The notes under the pieces are model-generated. The model ran no database searches. It saw only the letters and a program-made list of their open reading frames with translations, and was not told where the DNA came from. Below, in pieces: positions 24,834 through 37,631 of a stretch of DNA of 64,000 nucleotides. Source of the DNA: Octopus sinensis (lineage: Eukaryota); NCBI RefSeq assembly GCF_006345805.1, contig NC_042998.1:12648001-12712000 (forward strand), in the 5' to 3' direction. Positions within the stretch are counted from its first letter, which is position 1, and every line of letters starts with the position of its first letter. Position numbers and translations under genes: made by a program.

Positions 24834-25187
24834 AAGTATACAATGAGTTTTCGTTAGGTGGCTCAAACTGATAGGTGTGCACTCTAAGTGCTCAATTTGG
24901 TATGTCACTAAAACTCCAGTTAGAACTGCAGTTGTACATATGATGTTGAGATTGCCTTTCCGAAGCAGGGAGGAGCAGTTTTTCCTTGAGTGGGCAGGCA
25001 TAAATTAAAGTATAAATGAAAAGGCAAAGCGTTTGACAAGTTTTGACGGGAACATTTAATTTAGAAATTTAAATTTCCTCGTATGTCCGCGGTGCCCCAG
25101 CAAAATGGCGGTGCCCCAGCAAAATGTCGGTGCCCCAGCATGGCCACAGCTCGTGAGCTGAAACTAGAATCAATCAATCAATCAATC
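24832..25187 (+). mobile_element. 3' end of a retroelement sharing the SINE-A-type tail
   Basis: Ends CGGTGCCCCAGCATGGCCACAGCTCGTGAGCTGAAACTAG(AATC)n, with a 19-bp stutter at 25090, 25109 and 25128. The left boundary is assumed at (TA)n. Confidence 0.6.
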
Positions 25188-25257
25188 GTCGAATCTTGCT
25201 AAATGTTTTGCCTTTTCTTTTTTAACACACACCCCCGCACAAACACGTATATATATT

Positions 25258-25652
25258 CTTTTCTTCTCTAGACTCAAGGCCCGAAATCTTTTGGGAGAGC
25301 CCAGTCGATTAGATCGACTCCACTATCCATCTGGTACTTAATTTATAGACCCCGAAAGGATGAAAAGCAAAGTCGACCTCGGCGGAATTAGAACTCAGAA
25401 ACAGGCGAAATACCAATTTCTATTTCTTTACTACCCACAAGGGGCTAAACACAGAGGGGAGAAACAAGGACTGATAAACGGATTAAGTCGATTATATCGA
25501 CCCCAGTGCGTAACTGGTACTTATTTAATCGACCCCGAAAGAATGAAAAGCAAAGTCGACCTCAGCGGAATTTGAACTCAGAACGTAGAAAGAGACGAAA
25601 TAACGCTTAGCGTTTCGCCCTGCATGCTAATGGTTCTGTCAACTCACTGCTT
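25258..25652 (-). mobile_element. SINE group B dimer with two different tails
   Basis: Head, core and tail 1, then a restart at GGTATTTCG, core and tail 2. Confidence 0.85.
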
Positions 25653-26188
25653 TCACAAACATATATATATTATTACTTTTATGAGCAGTCGTTCGTGAAA
25701 ATAAATCCATAATGTCTTTATGTCGCAATTAGTTTTCTATACAAAATAGTTTAAGTTGCAATCCTCACTTAACGCTTCTTCTTTTATGTATTTCAGAGAT
25801 TTCCATCTCCTCGAGGTATTGTTTTCCCTACGACTAGTGAGCACCATCTACACTTGAATTACTGGATGACTGTTGACTCTCATGAGCTCCTCCACCCTTT
25901 CACAGGTCTTGTTTTTCATTCATCTGGATGACGTCAAGAAACGTCACTACGCTTGCCGGTTTATTCGCCGACGATCCGACCTTATAACAGATTGTACTGT
26001 GTTACATGCTACCAGAAGCGCATAGACGTCTTCATCTATGTATGTATGCGTGTGCGCGTCGGTGGTTACCTGTGTGTGCGTGTGCGTGAGTACAATAACG
26101 CCTGTTTATTTCGATATCAAATTTTCCACGAGGTAAACAATACAAGAAATTCATAAATGCTGGTGTAAGATTAATGCATATTTTACTT

Positions 26189-26264
<76 letters not shown>

Positions 26265-26353
26265 ATATATATATATTATATATATATATAATATATATAT
26301 ATATATATAATATAATATATATATATATATATATATAATATCTATATATATAT

Positions 26354-26390
<37 letters not shown>

Positions 26391-26393
<3 letters not shown>

Positions 26394-26633
26394 GAGGCGC
26401 AATGGCCAGTAGTTAGGGCAGCGGACTCGCGGTCTTAGGATCGCGGTTTCGATTCCCAGACGGGCGTTGTGAGTGTTTATGAGCGACAACACCTGAAGCT
26501 CCACGAGCTCTTTCTTCTGTTGGCCTGCTCGCTTAGTCAGCGGGGTGGCGTCATTTGAAGGCTAAAACAATGCGAAGCGCATTATGACCAGCGATGTGTA
26601 GCAACATCTGATAGCCTGGTCGGTCACGGTGAT
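26391..26633 (+). mobile_element. SINE group C, tail type c
   Basis: Head GTGGAGGCGCAATGGCCAGTAGTTAGGGCAGCGGACTCGCGG..GTTTCGATTCCC; tail GACCAGCGATGTGTAGCAACATCTGATAGCCTGGTCGGTCAC. Confidence 0.85.
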
Positions 26634-27829
26634 ATCTATATATCTATTTCTTCAGTACAGGAAGTGGTTTTCCAAAAAAGACAGATACACTTTCAAGTTA
26701 CAACTAAAAGTAATATCCGTTATATCATGCTTTCCGTCCTTTAATTTCAATATATTTAATCATACGGGTTTAGTGAAAAATATAAAATATTTTTACGCAT
26801 ACTTCTAGAAGGATGCATGTTGTGAGGTGTTAGAAAGTGTGTTTTTATGTACATACGCATACATAAACATACAGTGATATACATCAACTCATATACATTA
26901 TATCTATGTATGAGAGTGTATATGTGTATTCGCTTGTTTGTAATTAAAAATGTAACTGAGAAACATGCTATCTGAAAGCGACATTAAGATGAAGCAAATT
27001 TACCAGGATTAAACGTAGAGACACAGACATAGGCTCTGAATGTAAGGCATTTGTCCACAATCACCGATGCGAAGATACAGGTTTAGAGGACACAACTAAA
27101 ATACAAAAAGTAAGTGAAAGAGAAAGTTAAGAAAGAATAGCATTGAAGAATTTGACTAGTATCCAATACTGAGCAGAGCATGCTAAAGATAAGGTAATAG
27201 GCATAAATATGCAACCCATACTATTTATAAATTACAGTTTCAATATAATAAACAAGTTGCCAAGTGAACTAGAAAATATATATAGAGAGAAAGAAAACAG
27301 GAAATAAATGACAGCTTACTGAAGTCACAACACCGAAGCAGTTACATACAGAAGGTTCCTACCACGCACACTAGGAAGACATAACCAGACACAAATAGAA
27401 AAACTTATAAAATCAACAGCAAACGGAATAGAAAAAATACTTAGAACAAAGAGCGGAGGTAAGATAAATGTAACATAAAAAAAACAAGCAAACAGATAAA
27501 AAATATCGAAAGATCTCTTTACACAAGAAAGCGATAAAGAACAAAGGGTAAATAAACTAACTAACTTAGACAATAAATTTAACAGCAACGCAACAGTTAT
27601 GCTTAGATGTACAAAAACAACATGGGAACAAATTTACATAACAAAAACAAAGTGGAGGAAAAAACGATTCCATGGCCAATATCATGTAAGACGCGACAGA
27701 GAAAGAGTGAGCCAAAGGTAAGCTTAAAATAACTCGATGGTTCAGATTAAAATGAGAAACAGAAAGTCCCATGTTCTTTGCACACGTCGCTTGCCATATC
27801 GAATACATTCATATGACAAAATTACAGGA

Positions 27830-28068
27830 AGAAATACCTATTTCTTTACTACCCACAAGGAGTTAAAAACAGAGAGAACAAACAAGGACTGACAAACGGA
27901 TTAAGTCGATTATATCGACCCCAGTGCGTAACTGGTACTTATTTAATCGACCCCGAAAGGATGAAAGGCAAAGTCGACCTTGGCGGAATTTGAACTCTGA
28001 ACGTAACGGGAGACGAAATACGGCTACGCATTTCGCCCGGCGTGCTAACGTTTCTGCCAGCTCGCCGC
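27830..28068 (-). mobile_element. SINE group B
   Basis: Full head, core and tail 1, followed by the GGTATTTC restart. Confidence 0.9.
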
Positions 28069-28606
28069 GTTATTTAAAGGAAGAGTACCATAAGATGAAT
28101 TGCAGCATGTGCAAACAAAACAATCCTTCGGGTGCAACCACATCTCTGACTAGGTTTAGGTAGGTACTGGGTGTTAGCTACTCGCTAATTCTGAATATAA
28201 ACACAGTCAAGATTGAGTGAACATCTATGTCTATCTGGCAATATACCAACATTTCGATGTGAAAATATGAAAGAATTGGTGTTAAATTATGCCGAATACA
28301 GTATAGGACAACGACCCGGCTACGATGATTTCGAATATGCCCAATAAACTGAAAAAGAAACCAATATAAACCTTAGACATAATAATCAATGATTAGAAAA
28401 ATACACATGGCCACTGATAGACTATACAATCCACTTTTGACGTAAATACTATCCTAAATGCTGTTGTAAAAACGTCATAACACAGCGAACTTGAATTCGA
28501 AATATTTGAAATGTGGTGAATGTAAGGGTTTGCGGTACCAATATCACTTTCAGCATTTAAATTATGATATCAAGAAAAAAGAATCATTAACAAAATATAC
28601 AATTAT

Positions 28607-29025
28607 AGGCGTAGGAGTGGCTGTGTTGTAAGTAGCTTGATTACGAACCACATGGTTCCGGGTTCAGTCTCACTGCGTGGCACTTGGGCAAAGTTTCTTC
28701 TACTATAGCCTCGGGCCGACCAAAGCCTTGTGAGTGGATTTGATAGACCGAAACTGAAAGTATCCCGTCGTATATATGTATATATATATATGTGTGTATG
28801 TATGTTTGTATATGTTTGTGTGTCTGTGTTTGACCCCCTCCAACATCGCTTGACAACCGATGCTGGTGTGTTTACGTTCCCGTAACTTCGCGGTTCGGCA
28901 AAAGAGACCAATAGAATAAGTACTAGCTTACAAAGAATAAGTCCTGGGGTCGATTTGCTCGAATAAAGGTGGTGCTCCACCATGGCCACAGTAAAATGAC
29001 TGAAAAAAGGAAAAGATAAAAGAGT
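28607..29025 (+). mobile_element. SINE group A
   Basis: Family head, core and tail motifs. Confidence 0.9.
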
Positions 29026-29268
29026 AATCCTACCGGGACATAAAACAGTACAAAATCTTCAAAAATTTGCTCTAGTAGGTAAAGCCCATATCCAACGCAT
29101 GACATTTTCGTTTCAATAGCACAGGCCAATAAGAACAATCTTCACACACAAACGCAATCAGCACCCAGTAAAATAATTATGACTACCCAATAATATAACC
29201 CAATTGATATCACACACACAGTACACACTAGGGAGCAAACACTAATACAACAGAAATAGTAACGAACT

Positions 29269-29592
29269 AAACAATTGCAGCGTGGAAGGTGTTTGTAAGC
29301 CATTTAAGAAAGACACAAAAGCCGTTCGATTCACTTCAACATTTAAGTTTAATTTTGTCAAAATATTTTCGTTGCTATAAGATCGCGACCTGTTCACTGA
29401 CAAAACAGTGAACAGGTCACGGTCTTAAAGCGACGAAAATATTTTGACAAATTAAACTTAAATGTTGTAGTGAATCGAACGGCTTTTGTGTGTTTCTTAA
29501 ATGGCTTACAAACACCTTCCACGCTGCAATTGTTTTCGTTTCAGCACATGATCGCAGATCAAATCACTTGCTATGCAAGTACATCTCCGTAA
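29269..29592. mobile_element. PLE-type insertion with inverted pseudo-LTR arms and TSD
   Basis: Inverted arms of about 130 bp (29269-29399 and 29406-29535), a right-side extension, a 16-bp direct repeat AGTAACGAACTAAACA (29258-73 and 29593-608), and a hammerhead-like motif in the arms. Confidence 0.8.
29354..29404 (-). ncRNA. Putative minimal type I hammerhead ribozyme with G3:C8 core
   Basis: TTTGTCA-GTGAACA-G-GTCGC-GATCTTATA-GCAAC-GAAA-ATAT-TT-TGACAAA: 7-bp helix I and palindromic helix III (AATATT). Confidence 0.6.
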
Positions 29593-29939
29593 AGTAACGA
29601 ACTAAACACCATACAAAGATAATCCACTGCATTAAACTACGAAGAATCCTCTAAACATTTTGAGCACCCAAGAAAAGATTAAATATTTTGAGCAGATCCC
29701 TCGGAAACCAACAATCTACGAGGTTCAAAATATTATGCTGACATCACCCGCCCACATTCTCAGGAAGTTTCTCTCCACCTAATAAATACCTGCTTTTGGT
29801 CTCTGGTTGAGACCCAGTCGGAAGATGAAATGAAATGCAAATAAATTAGAAAATATCAATAAGTAAAATAATAATAACAGTAATAATGATGATGGTGGTC
29901 GTCGTTGTCGTGGTGGTGGAGGTGATGTGATGATTGAAA

Positions 29940-31560
29940 CAAATATATTAGCATTCCAAAAAATGAGCGTAGTTCACATAGAGAAGAAGAAATTATTCAG
30001 AGTATTTATATCATGTGCGATAAAGAAATATACATAATTTAATCAAACATAGACATACAAATACTTAGGAGTCAATGAACTAGACAGTCTACAACACAAG
30101 GAGGAAATAGGAGAAAAAGTTTATGAAGGAATATTATAGACGCATACGATTAATATTTAAAATATAATAAAACACATACACACACAAAAAGCAATAAGTA
30201 ACAATACTCCTGTCCTCTCATTAATAGTTTATACTTATATTGTTTAATTGGATACTGAAATAACTTAGGCTAAGTAGGAAAACAAGACAGCTAATAATTC
30301 TGTTTTCTTTACACTACGCAAAAGCAGAGACAGAAAGATTATATTTATCTAAACACAAGGATAAAAGTGCCTTAAAGAGTCGGAAAACATATGAAACCAT
30401 AGGACTAATAATAATACCGAGATAATTATGTAACATACGTAGAGATATTTACAAACCATGAACGAAGCAATAAAGTGTTTGCTGTCTTACTTGAGGCTAT
30501 CAAATATATAACGGTGAATGAAATGAAAAATTCGGTAACAACTTGAAGAAACAAGAAGAGACATTTTCGAAAAGAATAACCTCTACATACTAATAATTGG
30601 AATTGTTGAATAGTAAAGAGAAGAAAATTACTATGCTGTTTGAAAAGTACAGGTTTAATGCTAAAATTGAAGGTTCCCTGAGTTCAGCACAGTGACACTT
30701 CGCTCTTTGCCAGAACCATTAACAGCGTACAATAAGGCAGAATACAGTGGGAGAGCGACGAATCTATGTAAACGGAGAAGACTCAGCTTATCGCATTATC
30801 TCTGGTTGATCAGTCTCGGCCAGCTGAGAGTATAACGACAAGTACGGTAGAGTTGGGTCTTATAATATCACAAGATATACCAGTATTACAAAACGCCTAT
30901 GGTATAGAAATTGCAAAGGGTATGGTCTGAAAATTATCTCAGTGAAGGACTGTACTACAGGATATACGAATAAACACAACTAAAGCTAATTGATTTCACA
31001 AACATTTCTGCAAATATAATTCCATTCTAAAATGAGGCATCAACTCTAAGAGCTGAGAGCATATCTTTCTAAGAAATTGATATATTATTCAAATATAAAG
31101 ATCTGAAAATATATATTACCTTAGTGCGGAGACAGAAAAGTGTAACAAGCGCTACTTGGTTAGTGGAGTGTATCGTCCTGTTTGAACTACCACCATCTAG
31201 CAGCCAAGATTATCTAGGAGAGTCCAGTCTGCCAGGAGGATTAGATTCGTGTAATTAGTTTGGGGATAAATTCCTTCCTCTCAAAAGTTACAGGAACATA
31301 TAAAGACGGATAACCTTGCATAAATAAGAAATCCCAATGACGCGAGCATGACCGAGAATCGCATAAATATATTATAAAATTACCATAACTTACAAATATT
31401 CACAATGTACATAAATAACTGAGGTAACCACTGCAGAGAATAAGAACAGTTAGGTGCACAAGATTAGAAAAAGTTTAGTCAAACCTAAATAATTTACATA
31501 CCCAAGACACCAGGAGCTGTGCTCGATAATGCAAGGAACAAACACAATAAATTAAGCGTG
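29940..31560 (+). mobile_element. R4/Dong-clade LINE fossil
   Basis: TYKYLGVNE, KEYYRRIRLI, LHYAKAETERLYL, IEGSLSSAQ, RIISG and FKYKDLKI motifs in the expected order. Confidence 0.75.
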
Positions 31561-32347
31561 TAAATGATAATGGATCCTGTTTTAGGAAAAAGGGCAATAA
31601 TTTTGAAAGGAGGGTTAGACAATACCATTGGCCGCAATAGTTGAATCGTAATTTGTTTTATTGACAGAGAAACGTTGACTGTTTCGTAGTTGGTTGTTGG
31701 ACGATACATGAAAATAGAACTTGACAGGATTAGAATTCGAAACGTAAAGAGTCAGAACTTATACACGAAGCAATATTCCATACTCGCTAACGACTCTGCC
31801 AAATGGTCGCCTTAAAAAATTGACTTCGCGCACTGTGAGGTTTAGAACCAAGACCCGATATGCGGTAGAAATCTGATACGTCATCAGTCAAGATCTAGTT
31901 TGTAACCCACAATCTACGCTGTGCTATATCAGGTGGGAGGCATCATTGATAATTCAAGCACCATTGACACCAGGCTTGTATTGTTTTCGTTTCTATGAGC
32001 AACTTTTTGTCTTCTTTAGAGTCATGTAAGTCAAGATGGACAAGAACGCCCAAAACCGTCACCTCTCTATCGGTGAACAGAAAGCATCTCAATTCTGCCT
32101 GGAAAGTAGAACACACACGAAAAACGTATATGTCCCTGTACGTCAGATCATCAGAGTTTGAATTTTGACTTTCTTGCAACGTCAGGCGTCTGTCACACGG
32201 TTAAATCTCACAACGTTTTGTTCTCTAGTCTTGAAGACCACTCTCTTCCCACATCATTAAAGCACTTGAAAGTGTGGTAAGACGGCATGCCAGTTTTTTA
32301 TGCTTGTATGTGCGTGTATAAAGATACAATTAAAAATACGTACACAT

Positions 32348-32383
<36 letters not shown>

Positions 32384-34233
32384 CAAAGCCTAATTGTGTG
32401 AATTTTCTAAAACTCCTTTAGGAGTAAACGCTTTTCACGATGAATTCCAATTTAATCGGAATCTACATTATCTGAAGCATAGTAGTAGAAAAGAAATTTT
32501 ATTTTCTCAAGGTTATGAAGACGCAAATCTTTGTGTATACCAAAAGATTTATATATATATATAAGGATGTATATAAAACTCTGTAAAAATGTATGTGTGT
32601 GTGTATATATTTGTATGTTTCTGTATGCATTTATACATGTATACATGTGTATTGTAAGTTTCAGAAAATATTAGAAAAATGGAATAAAAGTCAGTCATAA
32701 TAAGAGATCTCTAAAAATCTATTTACTTAAGTTTTAACCACTGTTTCTGCCATACATATTTACACAATCTTGATTTTGAAGTATTTGGAAATTATAAAAA
32801 GGAACGGAGGGAAGATTCGGACTGTTCATATTTTAAAACCATGAATTAAAAAGAATTGCGTGTGTCAAATTTTTTCTCCATAAATTTTTACTCTTACGGC
32901 TTCATAGCATTAAGCGTGGAAAACTGCATCACGATAACCAATTTTCAGATTTTTTACTTCTTTTTAAAAAATGCAGATTTTGTGAATGAAACTAAATAGA
33001 TCTTGAAGAAGAAATGAATGCTTAACATAACAATTTTTCTGATTTGTTACGTAATTTTAAAAGGAGGATAATGTTGTGACTCAAACTAACTAAATCCAAG
33101 TAGAATGAATACCATCCTCCACAATTTGTTACTCATATGAAGTACACATGTATTTCAACAATTTCTAATCAAGCATACTTTCTTTCTTGGGCATAAAAAA
33201 TCCTCTCTCTGGGTGACAAATTACCAAACTTTTAATTAGATATTTCGTTTTTGGTTTTGCATTTCAATTTGTACATCTGTACTCCCGAATGCGTACAAGC
33301 GCATATGTAAAACGACGTCCTTTATTTTTTAATCATTCTCTGCTGATATCAAAATATATTGAAAAGTAAAAATATTTTCTAGGTGTGTGTGTGGGGGGGG
33401 CACATTTGTGATTTTAAGGGTCAAAGGGTGACCTTTGGCCAAAATGGGTTGAGAACCTTTGTTTTAGATGAAGACAATGTTGTTGCGCTTGTTCTCCGTA
33501 GAACTTCTACATTAGGTTTTCCGTCTTTGCGGCAGTTACTCTGTCCAGCCTCATCAAATGACAAACCCTGCCGTTTATAGAAAATTAAACAACCAGCACG
33601 CGCAATGGTATCTGCAAATATGTTAAGAGTTTGGTTCATTATGCCAGTAGCTGATGAGTTCAAAAGAAATTGTGTAAGAAATTAGTTTCTGATAATTTAA
33701 ATCTATTTGGTCATAGCAAGGCGGATTTGTTAATTTGTTCGGTGAATTACGTTCCATAAAACAAGCTTCTGCACACAAGTGTTCACACCCATTGTGCGAA
33801 CACTTCGGGATAGGGAACAAAAACAGTAAATATCATCAGAAGCGAGAAATATATTCTACAAATCAAATGAATGAATACATTATTCCACAGAGACACAATA
33901 CAAAGATGCAAATGTATCAGGGATGATGATGTATTGATGTTGTTGAAATAGAAGAATCATACTAGTAATCACAAATATAATAAATGTTTATTTGCAATCT
34001 AAAAAGTATCTTTGTGTACTAATACGCATAAGCCAAAAATTAGAGACATGGCGAAAAAGATTTACTCGTGATTCTTCTTAACCGAACAATATCTATAGAA
34101 ACGTCTTGTTAAAAACAGAGAGGGGTTCCAGTTTCTCTTCAAAGAATAGTTAAAGATATGTACAGTGTTGTTGTGTGTATAAAACGTAATGTCCAAAGAT
34201 GGAGAGAAGCAATAATAATAATAATAAGAAGAA

Positions 34234-34580
34234 GAAATTCAAAAGATAGTACTCATGGGAAATGCTCATGTCCTACGCAAAATACTTTCTATGTAATCTC
34301 AAGGTTTAAAACAAATATAGTTTTCGTTTTTCTTTTCTTTTTTTTTTAGACATTCACTAGTACAACACCAAAAACCCCCCAAATATATGGCACACTAGGT
34401 ATAACAACAACATTAACTTCCAATCTGTTGTCTCTTGAGGTCTCTGGGTGAGACTTGGAGCCAACTTGTACAAATATAAAGCAAAAGTCAAACATAGAAT
34501 AATAATAATAATAATAATGATAATAATAATAATAATAATAATAATGATAATAATAATGATAATAATAATAATAATAATAA
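34234..34580 (+). mobile_element. 5'-truncated Dong/R4 3' end with (AAT)n tail
   Basis: EIQKIVLMGNAHVLRKILSM* (stop at 34294-96), a 3' UTR of about 200 bp and (AAT)n from 34498; (AAT)n also precedes it. Confidence 0.85.
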
Positions 34581-35227
34581 TGTTACCGTCATGCACATTA
34601 CTAACATTAAGAATTGATAAGTTTATATATGTTTTGTTACATGGTTGTTCTAGGCTCTGTATTTCACAAAACTTAAACTGCAAGAAAGTACAATTTTCTT
34701 TTCATAAATATTCAGAGAGGCTGGATTGGAGTGTTTTGTACTCTTGTCCTTATCTTTTATATTTTTACCTATATTTATTTAAGATCACATAAAGAAGGAG
34801 TGATTATTAGACAAATGTCTTTGTATTTCTATTTTGTCTACGTACTTGGAGACTGTAGAAACGTATAACTTCGAGAAATTAAATTCCATCGACTGTTATT
34901 GCAGGTAAGATTTTCCAACAAAATATGCGATTTGGCCAAATGCAAAACAAAACAAAAAAAAAAAAAAAAAAAAATGAGGACAGTGCCAATAGTGTTAATA
35001 TAGAAAGAAAGATCGAGAGCACAAATATTTCTAGCTTGCTCGCGCTCTACCCCCAAATATTTCTTGTGGGTGTGCAGGTTTGTTATCAATTTAACAGGAA
35101 CCTCACATTAGTCGTTTTTCAGATTCCCCTGCGAGACTCGATTTTTAAATACTGAACAATACGTTGTATTAAAAAATATAGTTGTATTTTTAAGTGACCC
35201 TTTTATCATATTGAATTGTGTTTATAT

Positions 35228-35539
35228 GTGGAAGCACGTGGCCTAGCGGTTAGAGCAGCGGACTCGCGGTCGAGGGATCGCGGATTCGAATTTCAGACCG
35301 GGCAATGTGTGTGTTTATAAGCGAAACACCTAAGCTCCACGCGGCTTTGGCAGAAGGTAATGTCGAACTTCTGCTGACTCTTTCGCCACAACTTTCTCTC
35401 ACTCTTTCCTTCTGCATCTTGCAGCTCACCTGTGACGGAACGGCGTCCCGTCCTGGTGGGGAACCTATACACCAAGGAAACCAGGATGCCGGGAAACCGT
35501 CCTTTATGAGCCAGGCGTGGCTCGAAAAGGAACAAACAA
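35228..35539 (+). mobile_element. SINE group C, tail type b
   Basis: tRNA-like head with GCGGACTCGCGG; tail CCGGGAAACCGTCCTTTATGAGCCAGGCGTGGCTCG. Confidence 0.88.
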
Positions 35540-36064
35540 ATTGTGTTTATATATTAAATCATTTTAAGTTTTCCCATTTAGCTTAAACAATTTTTAATAA
35601 GTAAAAAAAAAACAATAGTAAAATGACTGTTTCTCTCCGAACAATTTTTATATTATTACTAAATACAATAATTTTGTTCTTGGTAACTTTTGTCAAAATC
35701 CCTTTTCCGAACTTTATGCATCAGATTTGGTGGCAAATATATGTAATCATTATGATTATAGTTATTGAAATTACATGGTGGATGGTTCCTGATAAAGACA
35801 CAAAATCAAAACATTTATTGAAAATCATTAGTCAATACTATCGATTCTCGTGCTTGAATTTTACTTGAATTTATCAACACCAGGGAGAAGAAAGGCAAAA
35901 TTTACCACGGTGGAGTTTCAAAGCATGCAGGATTAATACTAATACGTAAGCTTTTAGCGTCGTACAATATACTTTGTATTGAGATCCGATCGAAGTTGCA
36001 TTGTGGGCAATTGTGTCGGGCAATTAAGATTTTTAAATAACACTACGAAAAATTTTCTGAAGAG

Positions 36065-36250
36065 AGGCATGGATGAGTGGCTGTCTGGTAAGTAGCTTGC
36101 TTACCAACCATATAGCTTCAGGTTCAATCCCACTACGTGGCACCTTGGGCAAGTGTCTTCTACTTTAGCCTCGGGCCGACCAAAGCCTTGTGAGTGGATT
36201 TGGTAGACGGATACTGAAAGAAGCCCGTCGTATATATGTATATGTATGTG

Positions 36251-36312
<62 letters not shown>

Positions 36313-36527
36313 TGCGTATGTTTGTGTGTCTGTGTTTGTCCCCCCCAACATCGCTTGTCAACCAATGGTAGTGTGTTTACGTCCCGTCACTTAGCGGTTC
36401 GGCAACAGAGACCAATAAAATAAGTACTAGGCTTACAAAGAATAAATGCTGGGGTCGATTTGCTCGACTAAAGGCGGTGCTCCAGCATTGCCGCAGTCAA
36501 ACGACTGAAACAAATAAAAGTAAAAGT
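36065..36527 (+). mobile_element. SINE group A
   Basis: Family motifs. Confidence 0.9.
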
Positions 36528-37631
36528 TAATTCATATCTATAGAGTCGCTGTTATTTTATAAAGTAACATCGTATATGTTATGCTGAAATTGTAGGCTTC
36601 TGTACAGTTGACGCTGTTTCTATTTCTGTCTATTCATTAAGCAACCGATTATGTCGTGAATACAATAATTTTAACGTGATTGTATATTCTATACAAAAAA
36701 CAAAAGAAGAAAATGTAAGCGTATAAAATATCGAACTAACTTTGTGTGTTTCCTATATAAATTCGACGGATAATGAGGGGAAAATTTTGACCCGACCGGA
36801 TTTATATAAATACTCAAACGGGACGATATTAATTGTCAACGCTCTGCTGTTCTTTTCACTCCCACCGCTCTTCCGTGATAATGAAATTAAAGTATGTTTC
36901 TACTGAATTATTGATTATTCGCGTGCAGAAATGTTATAAATAGATATCTAGTTAAAGATCTAGATTTTCACCTTTCGAAAAATAAAACAAACACAACATT
37001 TATTATTCTTCCTTGTGCAACGAAGCAAAGATGAATCAACTTTTATATATATTTTTTCATCCACCATCGATTGATTTCTGTCTGAAAAGTATTGTAGAGT
37101 TAAAACTTGTGTTTGTTGAAATAGTGACATAATAAGTGTTTCTTACATTGGCACAGAGCCTGAGAAATCTGTTTTGGGGCAAAATATATCTGAAGTATGA
37201 TATTAATGTTTTTATTTTTTTTTTCGTCTCAAAGACAATTTGAGTTATGAATGAAATGAAATAACTATACTCCTAGAAATTGAAACCTGACAGGGAATTA
37301 TTTAGCATTTGTCTCTTATTACCCCTATTCTATTTAGTTCGTAATGAGAGAATAATTAGTGAGAATTCAGCTTTTGTTTCATTACTGTTTAGTTGATATA
37401 TATACTTTCGTATGTAAATGTAGGGAAAGAAATCGAAACAGCTCCATGAACACGTTCCAAGGTACTGTTATTTTCATCTTTGCTCTTTAAACCACGTCAC
37501 TAACTAGGGTTTAGTATTATTCATTACATTTAGGTGACCGATACTAGTTGTGCCCAACTGGTGATCTATGAATAAATTATTCTGCAGACCGCAGAAATGG
37601 TCAGTATTAGTATTAAATAAAATAATAAATA

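Larger units (their letters stand above)
27090..29120 (+). mobile_element. R4/Dong-clade LINE fossil interrupted by SINE-B and SINE-A
   Basis: Motifs resembling KVIGIN..YSFNIIN, EKRFHGQY, LKxETES.MFFA, CSMC, LANSEYKH and ELEFEIFEMW, and C-terminus NLQKFALVGKAHIQRMTFSFQ* (compare LQKIALLGTAHILRK). Confidence 0.7.

Noticed and set aside
33383-33830. hAT-like terminal motif and weak transposase-like ORFs
   Set aside because: No matching second TIR or TSD and no convincing catalytic motifs.
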